A DNA stretch of 64,000 nt from an uncultured cyanobacterium (GCA_963740315.1 CAVUDP010000002.1:736001-800000), one strand, 5' to 3'; numbered from the stretch's first letter, positions 29,402 through 40,520 are shown. A program made the numbers and translations. Notes: a model not told the origin generated them from the sequence alone.

Positions 29402-29642
29402 TTGACGTGGTTATTACTATCGGACTCCTTGGTAAACTGATATTTATACTCAAACGCAATATTTTTGTATATCAATTTTAAACGTGGCAACGTGTCCCGT
29501 TTAGACATCCGGCACAGTGTCTACGTAGTTCTAATTAGAGGACTTGCAGCCGTAGGGCATACGGTAAAGATGCTTAGTGAGGGTAAATTCGTTGGAATCC
29601 CGGTGAACTAAGAATCCCTTTTTTAAAAATGGGGAGTGTCAA
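29402..29642 (+). mobile_element. Internally deleted IS200/IS605-family element retaining the tnpB 3' tail and right end
   Basis: 29525-29611 reads [28 protein letters not shown], resembling cyanobacterial TnpB C-termini, then GAATCCC..GGGGAGTGTCAA. The left boundary (TTGAC at 29402) is tentative. Confidence 0.7.
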
Positions 29643-29669
29643 AAACCCGACATTTATAAGAATCAGAAC

Positions 29670-30746
29670 ATGGTAGATTCCCTAAAAAAACCAGGCTTTG
29701 AAGAAATACGTCCGGGTATTAAAGTCCCAGCGAAGGAAACTCTGCTGACACCCCGGTTTTACACGACTGACTTTGATGAGATGGCTAAAATGGACATCTC
29801 GGTTAATGAAGACGAGTTAAGAGCCATCATCGAAGAGTTTCGTGCTGACTACAACCGCCATCATTTTGTTCGAGATGAGGAGTTCGAGCAATCCTGGGAA
29901 CACATTGATGGGGAAACTCGCCAATTGTTTGTTGAGTTCTTAGAACGTTCTTGTACCGCTGAATTTTCCGGATTTTTGCTGTATAAAGAATTAGGTCGTC
30001 GTCTCAAAGGTAAAAACCCAGTTTTAGCTGAAGGCTTTAACTTGATGTCGCGAGATGAAGCGCGTCATGCTGGTTTCTTAAATAAAGCAATGTCAGATTT
30101 TAATCTGTCGCTGGATTTGGGATTTTTAACTAAGAGTCGCAAATACACTTTCTTTAAGCCGAAATTCATCTTTTACGCTACATATCTTTCCGAAAAGATT
30201 GGTTATTGGCGCTATATAACTATTTACCGCCACTTAGAAAAGCATCCCGAAGATAGGATTTATCCGATTTTCCGATTCTTTGAAAATTGGTGTCAAGATG
30301 AAAACCGCCACGGTGACTTTTTCGATGCGGTAATGAGAGCGCAACCCCAAACCTTGAATGATTGGAAAGCGCGGTTATGGTGTCGTTTCTTCTTATTGTC
30401 GGTATTTGCCACAATGTACTTAAACGATATTCAGCGTCAAGATTTCTATGCTGCGATCGGTTTAAATGCGCGTGAATACGATAAAGAAGTGATTGAAAAA
30501 ACCAACGAAATCGCTGGGCGAGTCTTCCCGGTAATGTTGAATATCAAAACACCGGAATTTTACGAGCGTTTGGAACTTTGCATTCAGAATAACGAGAAGC
30601 TTAGAGCGATCGTAAATTCTACAACGCCTAAATTCCTCCAAATCTTCCAAAAGCTGCCTTACTATCTTTCTAACGGTTGGCATGCTGTAAAGTTGTACTT
30701 TATCAAACCGATTGATGCTGCTGCGATGGAAGGTAGCGTTAAGTAA
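29670..30746 (+). CDS. acsF: Mg-protoporphyrin IX monomethyl ester (oxidative) cyclase
   Basis: [13 protein letters not shown]; di-iron motifs [17 protein letters not shown] and DENRHGD. Confidence 0.98.
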   Translation: MVDSLKKPGFEEIRPGIKVPAKETLLTPRFYTTDFDEMAKMDISVNEDELRAIIEEFRADYNRHHFVRDEEFEQSWEHIDGETRQLFVEFLERSCTAEFSGFLLYKELGRRLKGKNPVLAEGFNLMSRDEARHAGFLNKAMSDFNLSLDLGFLTKSRKYTFFKPKFIFYATYLSEKIGYWRYITIYRHLEKHPEDRIYPIFRFFENWCQDENRHGDFFDAVMRAQPQTLNDWKARLWCRFFLLSVFATMYLNDIQRQDFYAAIGLNAREYDKEVIEKTNEIAGRVFPVMLNIKTPEFYERLELCIQNNEKLRAIVNSTTPKFLQIFQKLPYYLSNGWHAVKLYFIKPIDAAAMEGSVK

Positions 30747-30794
30747 ATTTTGGTTTTGGTTTGTTTTGGTAAAGATTTATAAATTTAGATTGTA

Positions 30795-30825
30795 AGGTGA
30801 GTAGTTAATGCTCATCTTTTTTTTT
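30795..30825 (+). terminator. Intrinsic terminator of acsF
   Basis: AGGTGAGT-loop-GCTCATCT followed by a long T run. Confidence 0.65.
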
Positions 30826-30906
30826 GTAGTTAGTACTTCGGCACATTAATTGAGAGCGTTGCGCTGATTACTGGTTACTAGTAACTGATAAGCTGGTTTC
30901 ATATAC

Positions 30907-31027
30907 AGGACTTACTCTAGTGTCACAAAAGGGTGGTGCGTGACACTAAAAACATTATTACTACGTTCAAAATTTAATTAAATGTCACAGCACCCTACAA
31001 GGAAAATGTGCCAGTTGCGTAAGTCCT
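30907..31027. mobile_element. MITE with AGGACTTAC / GTAAGTCCT terminal inverted repeats
   Basis: TIRs visible; ATATA on both flanks (possible 5-bp target duplication); internal REP-like hairpin. Confidence 0.75.
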
Positions 31028-31057
31028 AATATAATTAAAATTTTTACGGTGTATAGT

Positions 31058-31492
31058 ATGCTTTTACGTTTGCTGACGACTATCTTTATTTCTGCCGTTA
31101 TCGGAATATTTTCCTGGATTTATTCCCCTGCTGCTTTAGCACTAACGCCAATTCCTTTATCAAATATTTCTTACCAAGAATGTCCGCCGGAATTAGCTGA
31201 AGGGAATGTTACCAGCGGTGGTGCTAGCAGGGCTGCAAATTGTTTTATAGTCACGGGTACTGCAAAAAATATGACTAGTAAAACTGTATATGATGCAGAT
31301 ATTTTTGGGCGGATTTATGATGCTAATAATAATACGGTAATGCAAAACCGTACTCGGGTTGGTTCTATTAGCGAAGTACCGCCAGGAGAAAGTAAATTTG
31401 AAATGAGAATTACCGTTCCAGCCAATCAACCCACGCCATTAAAATTGAAGCAGTTTAAAGCGTCGGGATTTACTTCTAAGGTTCGTTACTAA
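31058..31492 (+). CDS. Conserved secreted hypothetical protein (Ig-like)
   Basis: Signal peptide ending ALA; a Cys pair; DADIFGRIYDA. Confidence 0.75.
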   Translation: MLLRLLTTIFISAVIGIFSWIYSPAALALTPIPLSNISYQECPPELAEGNVTSGGASRAANCFIVTGTAKNMTSKTVYDADIFGRIYDANNNTVMQNRTRVGSISEVPPGESKFEMRITVPANQPTPLKLKQFKASGFTSKVRY

Positions 31493-31672
31493 AGCTTTAA
31501 GAATAAAGTATGAAGTATGAAAAAGAAAAATATGAATTATTTATCACTGGGTTCATTCATCAGTTATCATGCTTAACAAATATTTGTATTTCTGATAACT
31601 GATGATTAATTATCGTACTGGTGAAAAGTAATTCAGATTTCATTCAAACTTCATACTTCAATCAAGGCAAGT

Positions 31673-31960
31673 TTAAAAACTCGAAGCCATAGCCATTGCC
31701 ATTGAACCAGCTAAACTTCCAAGAAGTGCGCTTACTATGTTTAGCGCGATGAAAGCCAGAATTGGAGAAAAATCCATTCCTCCTAAAGGGGGAATTATGT
31801 TACGGAACAGATTGAGATAAGGATCGGTTATCTGGCTAAGTGCTGCAAATGGTTGGCTAGACCACTCAATTTGTGGAAACCAGGTTAATAGAACCCGACC
31901 AATCAGTAAAAAGCTGTAAATTTGGATGAATGTGAGTAGCGTGCTAATCAGTAAATACAT
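31673..31960 (-). CDS. YggT/YlmG family membrane protein
   Basis: RVLLTWFP...ITDPYLNLFRNIIPPLGGMDFSPILA. Confidence 0.93.
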   Translation of the reverse strand: MYLLISTLLTFIQIYSFLLIGRVLLTWFPQIEWSSQPFAALSQITDPYLNLFRNIIPPLGGMDFSPILAFIALNIVSALLGSLAGSMAMAMASSF

Positions 31961-32138
31961 AGATATTCGTTGTTTTTGAGTGTTGGTAAAAAGCCGTCTT
32001 ATTATTGATTTTAATTTAGCAGGTACCGGGATGCCGAGAGAACTGTTTATTATTCAACTTTTATTATTCTCTACCGAAGAGTATTTTGAGCGGCTATAAA
32101 ACAATTTATCGTTTTACTTCCGCTCAACTCAAGTTTGG

Positions 32139-32501
32139 CTAAGATTGTAATTCTTCGCTACGAGAGGAAAGTTCGTTTACTCCACCAGAATTGTTGTTAA
32201 CATTACCTAGTTGATCGCGCACTTCATCTATTGTGGCGTTTAACTGAGCAATTTTATCTTCTAGAGAACGTCGCGCTATTTCCATTTCAACTCCGGTTGT
32301 CGCCGTAGCTCGCATCTGTCGCCGTTTGGCAGATTTATTATCGTTTGAATTACCCGTTGGTGTTATTTGCTGTTCTTGTTCATCTGTAAATTCTGCCGCA
32401 TCGCGTCTTTGGGCTACCAGCGTGCCGATAACGCCACCGACTACGCTACCAAAAATCGCTCCAGCAAAAAATCCACTTGCAAAACCATCACGTTGACTCA
32501 T
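32139..32501 (-). CDS. Conserved hypothetical protein (Gly-rich TM plus coiled coil)
   Basis: GFFAGAIFGSVVGGVIG; ARRSLEDKIAQLNATIDEVR. Confidence 0.8.
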   Translation of the reverse strand: MSQRDGFASGFFAGAIFGSVVGGVIGTLVAQRRDAAEFTDEQEQQITPTGNSNDNKSAKRRQMRATATTGVEMEIARRSLEDKIAQLNATIDEVRDQLGNVNNNSGGVNELSSRSEELQS

Positions 32502-32576
32502 ATGTTTACCACCTTTAATCGCTACTTCCTACTTTAATCATCGCGGGCAATAGTAGGTACGCCGCCTTATACTTTT

Positions 32577-33227
32577 TTAAGTACCAAAAGTGCGATCGCC
32601 AGCATCTCCTAATCCCGGAACAATAAATCCTTGTTCGTTAACGGTTTCGTCAATTGTTGCAGTATAAACATTTAAGCCTGGATAAGTTGCACTCAATTGT
32701 TGCAATGCCATAGGAGATGCAACTACGCAGACAATCCGCGTTAAAGCCGGGTCAACACCCCTTTGAGTTAATTCTGACATTGCAGCCATTATAGAGCCTC
32801 CCGTAGCCAGCATGGGGTCGGTAATTAACACTCTGGTTTGGGGGTTGATTTTCTCTGGGAGCTTATTTAGATAACACTGCGGTTGCAAAGTTTCCTCGTT
32901 TCGGACTAAACCCAAATGATAAATAGATGCCAAAGGTAGCAAAGTTTGCGCCCCTTCGAGCAATCCTAACCCCGCTCGCAAAATCGGTACCACTGCTACG
33001 GGAATTTCAGGATTAATTAATGTTGCAGGGCATTCTTCTAATGGAGTTTGAACCGTTGTCTCTAAAGTCGGCAACCATTCCCTAGCAGCTTCATAAGTTA
33101 GCCAGCGCCCCAATTCAGTCATCGCCGAACGAAACAATACAGAAGGTGTAGCGGCATCGCGAGCAACTGCCAACCAGTGCTTGATTAAAGGATGCGGTGG
33201 AACATAAACGCGCAATTGTAGCGTCAT
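32577..33227 (-). CDS. upp: Uracil phosphoribosyltransferase
   Basis: HPLIKHWL; VPILRAG; DPMLATGGS; IVPGLGDAGDR. Confidence 0.97.
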   Translation of the reverse strand: MTLQLRVYVPPHPLIKHWLAVARDAATPSVLFRSAMTELGRWLTYEAAREWLPTLETTVQTPLEECPATLINPEIPVAVVPILRAGLGLLEGAQTLLPLASIYHLGLVRNEETLQPQCYLNKLPEKINPQTRVLITDPMLATGGSIMAAMSELTQRGVDPALTRIVCVVASPMALQQLSATYPGLNVYTATIDETVNEQGFIVPGLGDAGDRTFGT

Positions 33228-33354
33228 AACAAATTACTTAAAACCTTCAATATATACGGTATAACAACTGAAACATCATAATAATACTCTTTAAACCCGG
33301 TGACTAATAACCTACGAGGGGCGATCGCAAACTTATTGAAATTTATCTTCAATT

Positions 33355-33411
33355 TTTATTGAGAAATATTTTCATTACTAGTTGACATTTATTCTCAATC
33401 AACGCTATATT
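33355..33411 (+). promoter_or_regulatory. Sigma70-type promoter with overlapping AT-rich Fur-box-like repeats
   Basis: TTGACA (33382) - 18 nt - TATATT (33406), embedded in the inverted pair ATTGAGAA...TTCTCAAT. Confidence 0.7.
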
Positions 33412-33417
33412 AATTTC

Positions 33418-33487
33418 CAGTGTTCTCCTCTCTTTAAGGAACGGCAGACGGGATTGGTCGGCAGTTGCGGACTTGTCCCTCTTTTTT
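33418..33487 (+). ncRNA. isaR1: Iron-stress sRNA IsaR1
   Basis: CAGTGTTCTCCTCTC 5' anti-SD-like seed, GGGA..TCCC terminator with T run, length about 70 nt, and upp-crtH synteny as recalled for IsaR1. Confidence 0.85.
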
Positions 33488-33647
33488 ATTTTGGATTTTA
33501 GATTTTGGATTTTAGATTATTCTAAATTAGGAGTTGTAAATTATTTCCCCCCATCCCCCCATCCCCCCATCCCCTTGTCTCCTCATCTCCCCCGAACCCC
33601 ATCTCCCCCGAACCCCATCACCTTGTCCCCTTTAATAAGAATTAATC

Positions 33648-35135
33648 ATGTACGACGCGATTATAATTGGTTCGGGTATTGGTGGTTTGGTGACTGCGAC
33701 TCAGTTAGTGGCGAAAGGTGCGAAAGTGCTGGTTTTAGAGGGATATACTATTCCCGGTGGTAGTTCTGGCTATTTTGAGCGACAAGGCTATCGCTTTGAT
33801 GTAGGGGCTTCGATGATTTTTGGATTTGGGGATAAAGGAACGACTAATTTACTTACCCGTGCGCTACAAGCTGTAGATGTTAGTTTGGAAACTATTCCCG
33901 ATAACGTACAAATTCACTATCATTTACCCAACTCTTTAGATTTAAAAGTCGAACGAGATTATGAAAAGTTTTTACAAAATTTAATTGCATATTTTCCTTA
34001 CGAAAGCGAAGGAATTCGTCGTTTTTATGATGAGTGTTGGAAAGTTTTTAATTGCTTAAATCAAATGGAGTTGCTGTCTTTAGAAGAACCCCGGTATTTA
34101 ATGCGGGCGTTTTTTGAGCATCCATTGGCTTGTTTGGGTTTGGCGAAGTACCTACCGCAAAATGTAGGAGATATAGCGCGACGATATATTAAAGACCCGG
34201 AATTATTAAAGTTTATTGATATAGAATGCTATTGCTGGTCGGTGGTAAGAGCCGATATGACACCGATGATTAATGCTGGGATGGTGTTTTCCGACAGACA
34301 TTATGGTGGAGTTAACTATCCTAAAGGTGGTGTAGGACAAATTGCTCAAAAATTGGTAGAAGGTTTAATTAAAAAGGGTGGGGAAATCAAATATCAAGCC
34401 AGGGTTACGCAAATACTTAAAGAGAAAGGAAAAGTTGTTGGCGTAAAACTGGCAAACGATCGAGAGTATCGCGCTAAACGTGTGATTTCCAACGCTACCC
34501 GGTGGAATACATTTGAGAAACTGCTTGCACCAGTCGAAATACCAGCTAATGAAAAAAGATGGCAACAGCGATATCAAAAGTCGCCTAGTTTTTTTAGCTT
34601 GCATATGGGAGTGAATGCAGAATTGCTATCTCCTCAAACGGAATGTCATCACATTTTATTGTCGGATTGGGAGCAAATGACGGCTTCAGAAGGGACAATT
34701 TTTGTTTCAATTCCCACATTACTCGACCCAGAATTAGCTCCAAAGGGATATCATATCATTCATGCGTTCGCTACACATTGGATTGATGAATGGCAGAATT
34801 TATCCGAGAAAGAATACGAAGCCAAGAAAGAAGCTACAGCTTGGCGGATTGTAGATAAATTAGAAAAGATATTTCCGGGGATAGATGCGAATTTAGATTA
34901 TTTAGAAGCGGGAACACCAAAAACCCATCGGCGATATTTGGGAAGGGTTGATGGTACCTATGGACCAATTCCGAGAAAGAAGTTACGGGGATTGTTGGGA
35001 ATGCCGTTTAATCGAACTGCGATCGAAGGATTATATGTTGTCGGAGATAGTACATTTCCGGGGCAAGGGTTGAATGCGGTAGCGTTTTCCGGGTTTGCTT
35101 GCGCTCATCGGGTGGCGGTGGATTTGGGGTTGTAG
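33648..35135 (+). CDS. crtH: Carotenoid isomerase
   Basis: GSGIGG FAD motif; [44 protein letters not shown]. Confidence 0.95.
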   Translation: MYDAIIIGSGIGGLVTATQLVAKGAKVLVLEGYTIPGGSSGYFERQGYRFDVGASMIFGFGDKGTTNLLTRALQAVDVSLETIPDNVQIHYHLPNSLDLKVERDYEKFLQNLIAYFPYESEGIRRFYDECWKVFNCLNQMELLSLEEPRYLMRAFFEHPLACLGLAKYLPQNVGDIARRYIKDPELLKFIDIECYCWSVVRADMTPMINAGMVFSDRHYGGVNYPKGGVGQIAQKLVEGLIKKGGEIKYQARVTQILKEKGKVVGVKLANDREYRAKRVISNATRWNTFEKLLAPVEIPANEKRWQQRYQKSPSFFSLHMGVNAELLSPQTECHHILLSDWEQMTASEGTIFVSIPTLLDPELAPKGYHIIHAFATHWIDEWQNLSEKEYEAKKEATAWRIVDKLEKIFPGIDANLDYLEAGTPKTHRRYLGRVDGTYGPIPRKKLRGLLGMPFNRTAIEGLYVVGDSTFPGQGLNAVAFSGFACAHRVAVDLGL

Positions 35136-35225
35136 GTTGGGAATAAAGAATGTGATTTTGGCAAACAAACAATATTAACTACATTGAGCCGTATAATATA
35201 TTTTTAATAAAAGGAAAATTAGCAG

Positions 35226-36428
35226 TTGAAATTCGATAAACCGATTTCGCAGGAACTTTTAAACATTACTGAAAAAAAACGTTCCAATTTATTTTCTTGG
35301 CGAGGTCAATTTTCGCCACAATTAATAGAAGCAATTTTTGAAGCATACTGTTTACCTAATTCAGTAGTTCTCGATCCTTTTGTAGGTAGTGGAACTGTTT
35401 TATTAGAAGCGGGTGCTTGTTGCCTTGAAGCATATGGTGTCGAGATAAATCCAGCAGCTTGGATGCTTAGTAAAACCTATGAGTTTATCAATAAACCCGA
35501 TCGGCAAAATATTATAAATCAGATTAGAGAATATATAAATCAAGAATTTCCGTACAAAATTTTGATAGATACGGATAAAGTAATTGATAATTTAGAAGAT
35601 AAAGTTGATCGGATAAAAAATCTATTGAGTGAAGATACAGAAAAATTATTTAATACGTTAGTAATTTTACTAGATGTTGCCAACAACAAAATTACTAACA
35701 ACTTAATTCAAAGCAAACTTTTTGAATTAGTACAATCAGTAGAAAATTTGCCCTCCTCTGATAAAAAGATTGAAGCTTATCTATCTGACTGTAGGTATAT
35801 CCCTTTAGAAGATAATATAATAGACTTTGTTGTAACTTCTCCACCTTATATAAACGTCTTCAACTATCATCAAAATTATAGAAAATCTGCTGAGATTTTA
35901 GGATGGGATTTGCTTAAAATAGCTAAATCTGAAATTGGAGCTAATAGAGCTAATAGAGTTAATCGTTTTTATACAGTTGTACAGTATTGCTTAGATATTG
36001 CAGAGACTTTAAAGGAAATATCAAGGGTAAGTAAAAAAGATGCACGTATTGTATTTGTAGTAGGTTATGAATCCCAAGTTCTTGGAGTACCTTTTTATAA
36101 TGCCGATATTATTGAAAAGATTGGAATTAAATCTGGGATGTATGCAAAAGTTTTAAGGCAAAAAAGGGAGTTTAAAAATAAATTTGGCAAAATTATTAGA
36201 GAAGATTTAATTAATTTTTGTAATTTAAAAATTGAATGTACGGAAGAAATTATTGATGATATTGCGAGACAAATAGCTTTAGACGTTTTAAAAACAGGGA
36301 TTAATTTAGTTCCCAAAAAAAATTTAGAATCTTTAGAAAATGCTATTGAAAAAGTAATGCTTATTAAAAGTACACCCAAGTTAGATCGAAGACAATATAT
36401 CTATCAATTACAACAAGCTATTTTATAG
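35226..36428 (+). CDS. Amino-methyltransferase (probably m4C, alpha-type motif order) of a Type II R-M system
   Basis: Motif I DPFVGSGT near the N-terminus; motif IV TSPPY later in the protein. Confidence 0.9.
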   Translation: MKFDKPISQELLNITEKKRSNLFSWRGQFSPQLIEAIFEAYCLPNSVVLDPFVGSGTVLLEAGACCLEAYGVEINPAAWMLSKTYEFINKPDRQNIINQIREYINQEFPYKILIDTDKVIDNLEDKVDRIKNLLSEDTEKLFNTLVILLDVANNKITNNLIQSKLFELVQSVENLPSSDKKIEAYLSDCRYIPLEDNIIDFVVTSPPYINVFNYHQNYRKSAEILGWDLLKIAKSEIGANRANRVNRFYTVVQYCLDIAETLKEISRVSKKDARIVFVVGYESQVLGVPFYNADIIEKIGIKSGMYAKVLRQKREFKNKFGKIIREDLINFCNLKIECTEEIIDDIARQIALDVLKTGINLVPKKNLESLENAIEKVMLIKSTPKLDRRQYIYQLQQAIL

Positions 36429-36464
36429 GAATTCGAGTTTATAAAATATAGTAATTATCTAATT

Positions 36465-37373
36465 ATGCCCGAATCTCGCCCACATTATGGAAAATTAATT
36501 GCTTGTCTTGAAAATCCCCGACTTCCGGAAGCTGATAAAGAATGTTTAGAAGAGGCTATTATAAAATATCATGAATGGATTAGTGAACTGGAATCGGTCG
36601 AATGCGGTCAAATAGATACAGTAGAAAAGTTAGTAGAAATTACAAATAAATATAAAGGTTTTATTGAGCTTGACTTAATATTTGATAGTACAGAAAATTT
36701 TTTATATAGGCAAAAAGGTCAACTCAAGTTAGATAATACTATTTTAGAAGAATTTTTACCCCAACTTGTTTTTCGTAGCTTAAGAGGGATAGACGAATCT
36801 TTCGAGCTTGGCCCTAGAAATACGTTTGCGGGGCTTAGTTTTTTGTCATCCGTTGGTAATCCCGGTGAAGGTGGAGAACCGAATATTAGAACAAAGAATC
36901 AAGACTTTATTTTGGGAAAGAAGTTATATCTTAAAACATCTTTCGATGCGGATTTTAAAAATTACAAACTAATTGAATCTCATCTTGGCTATGTATGTGC
37001 AGAATGTAAAACAAATTTAGATAAAACTATGTTTCAGGAAGCAGTTGCAACAAGTAGAGATTTAAAAATAGCTGTTCCAGGTTCTCTATACTTTTTAATT
37101 TGTGAGTTTTTAGATATGACACCAGTTTCAATCATCTCAACTCAGATTGATGATGTTCTAATAGTGCGTAAAGCAAAACGTATGTCTTCCAATATTAGGC
37201 AGGAATTTCGGACACCAGAGGCAAGACGCATTCACAGACAAGAATACATTGAATTTTTAGATGCTTCTAAATACTATCCCGACGTATTTCAGAGAATGAT
37301 AAGCAAAATTCAAACTTTAGTTGATGATACAAGCCCATCTGTAGATAAGGTTTTGAATCAAGGACATTTTTAG
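36465..37373 (+). CDS. Bpu10I-family Type II restriction endonuclease
   Basis: LYRQKGQLKLDNTILEEFL; QDF; AECKTNLDKTMFQEA (PD-(D/E)xK variant); adjacent to the MTase. Confidence 0.85.
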   Translation: MPESRPHYGKLIACLENPRLPEADKECLEEAIIKYHEWISELESVECGQIDTVEKLVEITNKYKGFIELDLIFDSTENFLYRQKGQLKLDNTILEEFLPQLVFRSLRGIDESFELGPRNTFAGLSFLSSVGNPGEGGEPNIRTKNQDFILGKKLYLKTSFDADFKNYKLIESHLGYVCAECKTNLDKTMFQEAVATSRDLKIAVPGSLYFLICEFLDMTPVSIISTQIDDVLIVRKAKRMSSNIRQEFRTPEARRIHRQEYIEFLDASKYYPDVFQRMISKIQTLVDDTSPSVDKVLNQGHF

Positions 37374-38275
37374 AAACCTTTTGACTTTCTTAAAACCAAT
37401 TCCGCAACCTCTCCCGGCTGCTCCAATTGGGGAGTATGTCCGCATTTCAACCAAATTAATTGACTCTGCGCGATCGCTCTTTTAAATTTATCAGCATCTT
37501 CTATACCCAAAGTTTCGTCTTTTTCTCCCCACAAAATCATTGTCGGTTTGGAAATCTCTTTAATTCGCGGTGCTATTTCGCTGTAACCACCACTTTTGGT
37601 AAAACTTATCGTCGCTTCGTGCCAGTTGGGCATATCTAAGTGTAAAGCAGCGCATTGCAAGGATGTAAGTTCGGCATCTGTCAAGTTACCGAAATCACTA
37701 AAGAAAAGCGGTTGAAGTTTGCGTTGTCGCCAATATTCTACAGCCAAATAATCAAAGGGAGGAAACAAAAATCGCCCTTGAGGAAAGCTACCGGAGTAAC
37801 CAACGCTGTTAATTAAAACTAGTTGATGAACTGAATCTGGATAAGTAAGTGTAAAATCAATAGCTGTTGCACCTCCCATTGAAGCACCAACTAAAATTAC
37901 TGGTTGCTTAATTTGCGTTTTCCAAAAGTGGTAAAGATGGGTTTTGATGGTGGCTGGTGAATAGTTAATATTTTTGAGTCTTTCTGTAAAACCGAAACCA
38001 AGTAAATCAACTGCCCAAGTTTCGTTTTTGGCAGCGAGTAATGGTATAAGTAAACGAAATTCTAATAAGGAACTCTCGAAGCCATGCAGCAGTAAAATTG
38101 GTATTCCGCTGTTGCCTTGATGGATGTAGGCTGTTGAAATTGGTTGCGAGTTTAGAGGTGTGGTTATGGGAATTTTTTTGATGTTTTGAAATAGGTTTAA
38201 AGAGTATGGATCTTTAAGTTTTGATATATTAATTTCTGATAGGGATTCATGCATAGATTCTAATATTAATTTCAA
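37370..38275 (-). CDS. Alpha/beta fold hydrolase
   Basis: LLHGF; DLLGFG; nucleophile GASMGG; CGHTP. Confidence 0.92.
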   Translation of the reverse strand: MKLILESMHESLSEINISKLKDPYSLNLFQNIKKIPITTPLNSQPISTAYIHQGNSGIPILLLHGFESSLLEFRLLIPLLAAKNETWAVDLLGFGFTERLKNINYSPATIKTHLYHFWKTQIKQPVILVGASMGGATAIDFTLTYPDSVHQLVLINSVGYSGSFPQGRFLFPPFDYLAVEYWRQRKLQPLFFSDFGNLTDAELTSLQCAALHLDMPNWHEATISFTKSGGYSEIAPRIKEISKPTMILWGEKDETLGIEDADKFKRAIAQSQLIWLKCGHTPQLEQPGEVAELVLRKSKGF

Positions 38276-38344
38276 TTAGTTTGTAGTAAGAGCTTTAGCT
38301 CTTAATAATAAGGAGTAAACTCCTTACTACAAACTTTTTTCGTC

Positions 38345-39514
38345 TTAAACTATTTTAATTTTATCGGCAGCAATTTTGGCTTTTTCTCGCGCTTCTTCAA
38401 CGTTGCTTCCTTTAGCTAAAGCTACTCCCATACGTCGATATTTATGAGCGCTGGGTTTACCAAATAATTTAATATCAACGTCTTTTTCTGCAAGTGCTTC
38501 GGCTACACCTGTATAACTAATATTATCAGATTTCTCTTCAGCTAAAATTACCGCGCTGGCTGAAGGTGCAAACTGTTCTATGTTGGGAATTGGTAAACCT
38601 AAAATTGCTCTTAAATGTAGTTCAAATTCATTCAAGTTTTGCGATATTAATGTTACCATTCCGGTGTCGTGGGGTCTGGGTGAAAGTTCGGAAAATATAA
38701 CTTCATTTTTAGTAATAAAAAATTCTACACCAAAAATTCCCGCACCTCCTAAAGCATCTGTTACTTTTGTGGCGATTTCTTGAGCTTGTAACGTCATTTC
38801 TGGTAAAATTCCCGCAGGTTGCCAAGATTCTTGATAATCACCTCTTTCTTGACGATGACCGATAGGAGAACAGAAAATAGTGGGAGCGTTCCATTGTTTG
38901 ATAGTTAATAAAGTAATTTCAATTTCAAAGTCGATAAACTCTTCTACAATTACTCTTTGACTATCGCCACGAGAACCAGAACTTGCATAATCCCAAGCTT
39001 TGGCAACGTCTTGTTTATCTTTAACTATAGATTGTCCTTTGCCCGAAGATGACATTACTGGTTTAACTACGTTGGGAAAACCAATTTCATTACTAATATC
39101 TATCAATTCATTTAAAGATGACGCATAACCATATTTTGCAGTACGAACACCTAACTCTGTATGCGCTAACTCCCTGATTCTATCGCGATTCATTGTATAA
39201 TTCGTCGCCGCTGCCGTGGGAATTACAGTAATACCACGTTGTTCAAATTCTGCTAACTTTTCGGTTCTAATTGCTTCAATTTCCGGTACAATAAAATCTG
39301 GTTGATATTTGCTGACAACAGCTTCCAAATCGTCAGCATTCAACATAGAAATTACTTCACAACAGTCGGCAACCTGCATTGCTGGAGCATCTTTGTAGCG
39401 ATCGACGGCAATGACAAAATTCCCCAAACGTTGAGCAGCTATAACAAATTCTTTACCCAATTCTCCCGAACCGAGAAGCATGATTTTTTGTGGTAATTTT
39501 ATAGATTTTGTCAT
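38345..39514 (-). CDS. purT: Formate-dependent phosphoribosylglycinamide formyltransferase
   Basis: [40 protein letters not shown]. Confidence 0.97.
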   Translation of the reverse strand: MTKSIKLPQKIMLLGSGELGKEFVIAAQRLGNFVIAVDRYKDAPAMQVADCCEVISMLNADDLEAVVSKYQPDFIVPEIEAIRTEKLAEFEQRGITVIPTAAATNYTMNRDRIRELAHTELGVRTAKYGYASSLNELIDISNEIGFPNVVKPVMSSSGKGQSIVKDKQDVAKAWDYASSGSRGDSQRVIVEEFIDFEIEITLLTIKQWNAPTIFCSPIGHRQERGDYQESWQPAGILPEMTLQAQEIATKVTDALGGAGIFGVEFFITKNEVIFSELSPRPHDTGMVTLISQNLNEFELHLRAILGLPIPNIEQFAPSASAVILAEEKSDNISYTGVAEALAEKDVDIKLFGKPSAHKYRRMGVALAKGSNVEEAREKAKIAADKIKIV

Positions 39515-39926
39515 TAATTTAATTAGATTGATTTTTAATATTAGAGTAGGTAATTAATCCGGCGTTAAATATCATCTGACTAATGTTTGATTTTTCTACC
39601 GTCAATTTGTAAATCTTTACGTTTTATACCAATTCACTTTCATAGATTCATATTTATGAGATAAAAAATATAGGTAGTATTTTAAATTACAACACACTTG
39701 TTGAAAAAAAGGCTAAAATTACATAGAAGCTTTGCACAAGTAAGTTATAAATTGACTTGACTTTTGCGGTATTTTCTGGTTTAAGGGTGATGCAAACAGA
39801 ATTACAGACTTCCCGTGTTTCTACCAAATCGCAAGTAAATCTACCTAAATCGAAGTGCCAAACGTTATTTTTCTCTTGCTGAAGGGAATTATAAGTAGAG
39901 GTTTATTTAGTTGTTTTTTGGAGTAA

Positions 39927-40502
39927 ATGAAAATGTTGAAGATTACTCGGCTAAAGGCGAATTTGACAAAAGTGTTCCCAGGGCTTGGAGTTGTTTTAGG
40001 AACAGCAGTAATGTTGGGTGGAATGGAAATAACCCAATTTTCAAGCAATTCCGATAATGTTCCCGATTCTTTAATTACGCTAAGTTCAAAACCTGTAAAT
40101 GCAGCTTCAGATGTTGCTGCGATCGAGAAATCGGTGCATCAACAAATTAATCAATATCGACGTAAGAAAGGCTTACCAGCGTTGAAATTGAACGGTAGTG
40201 TAAGCGCGATCGCCAGACAACACAGTAAACAAATGGCAGATAAGCAAGTTCCTTTCGGACATAATGGTTCAAAGTCTCGCTATCAAAAGATTTCTAAGTT
40301 AATTCGCTGGCGTGGTGTAGCGGAAAATGTTGCTTACAATCAGGGTTATCAGAATCCAGGAAAATCTGCGGTTGAGGGTTGGATTAAAAGTCCCGGTCAT
40401 CAGCGAAATATGGTAGGTAAATATGGGGTAACTGGTATTGGTGTGGCGAAGAATTCTAAGGGTGAGTATTATTTCACTCAGCTTTTTGTTAATCAGCGGT
40501 AG
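39927..40502 (+). CDS. CAP/SCP domain protein
   Basis: INQYR; ARQHS; AENVAYN; WIKSPGHQRNM; YYFTQLF. Confidence 0.92.
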   Translation: MKMLKITRLKANLTKVFPGLGVVLGTAVMLGGMEITQFSSNSDNVPDSLITLSSKPVNAASDVAAIEKSVHQQINQYRRKKGLPALKLNGSVSAIARQHSKQMADKQVPFGHNGSKSRYQKISKLIRWRGVAENVAYNQGYQNPGKSAVEGWIKSPGHQRNMVGKYGVTGIGVAKNSKGEYYFTQLFVNQR

Positions 40503-40520
40503 GTAATCAAACTTTAAATA

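Noticed and set aside
29200..29481. Small ORFs on both strands upstream of acsF
   Set aside because: Composed of STRR, a 15-bp duplication and the IS remnant.
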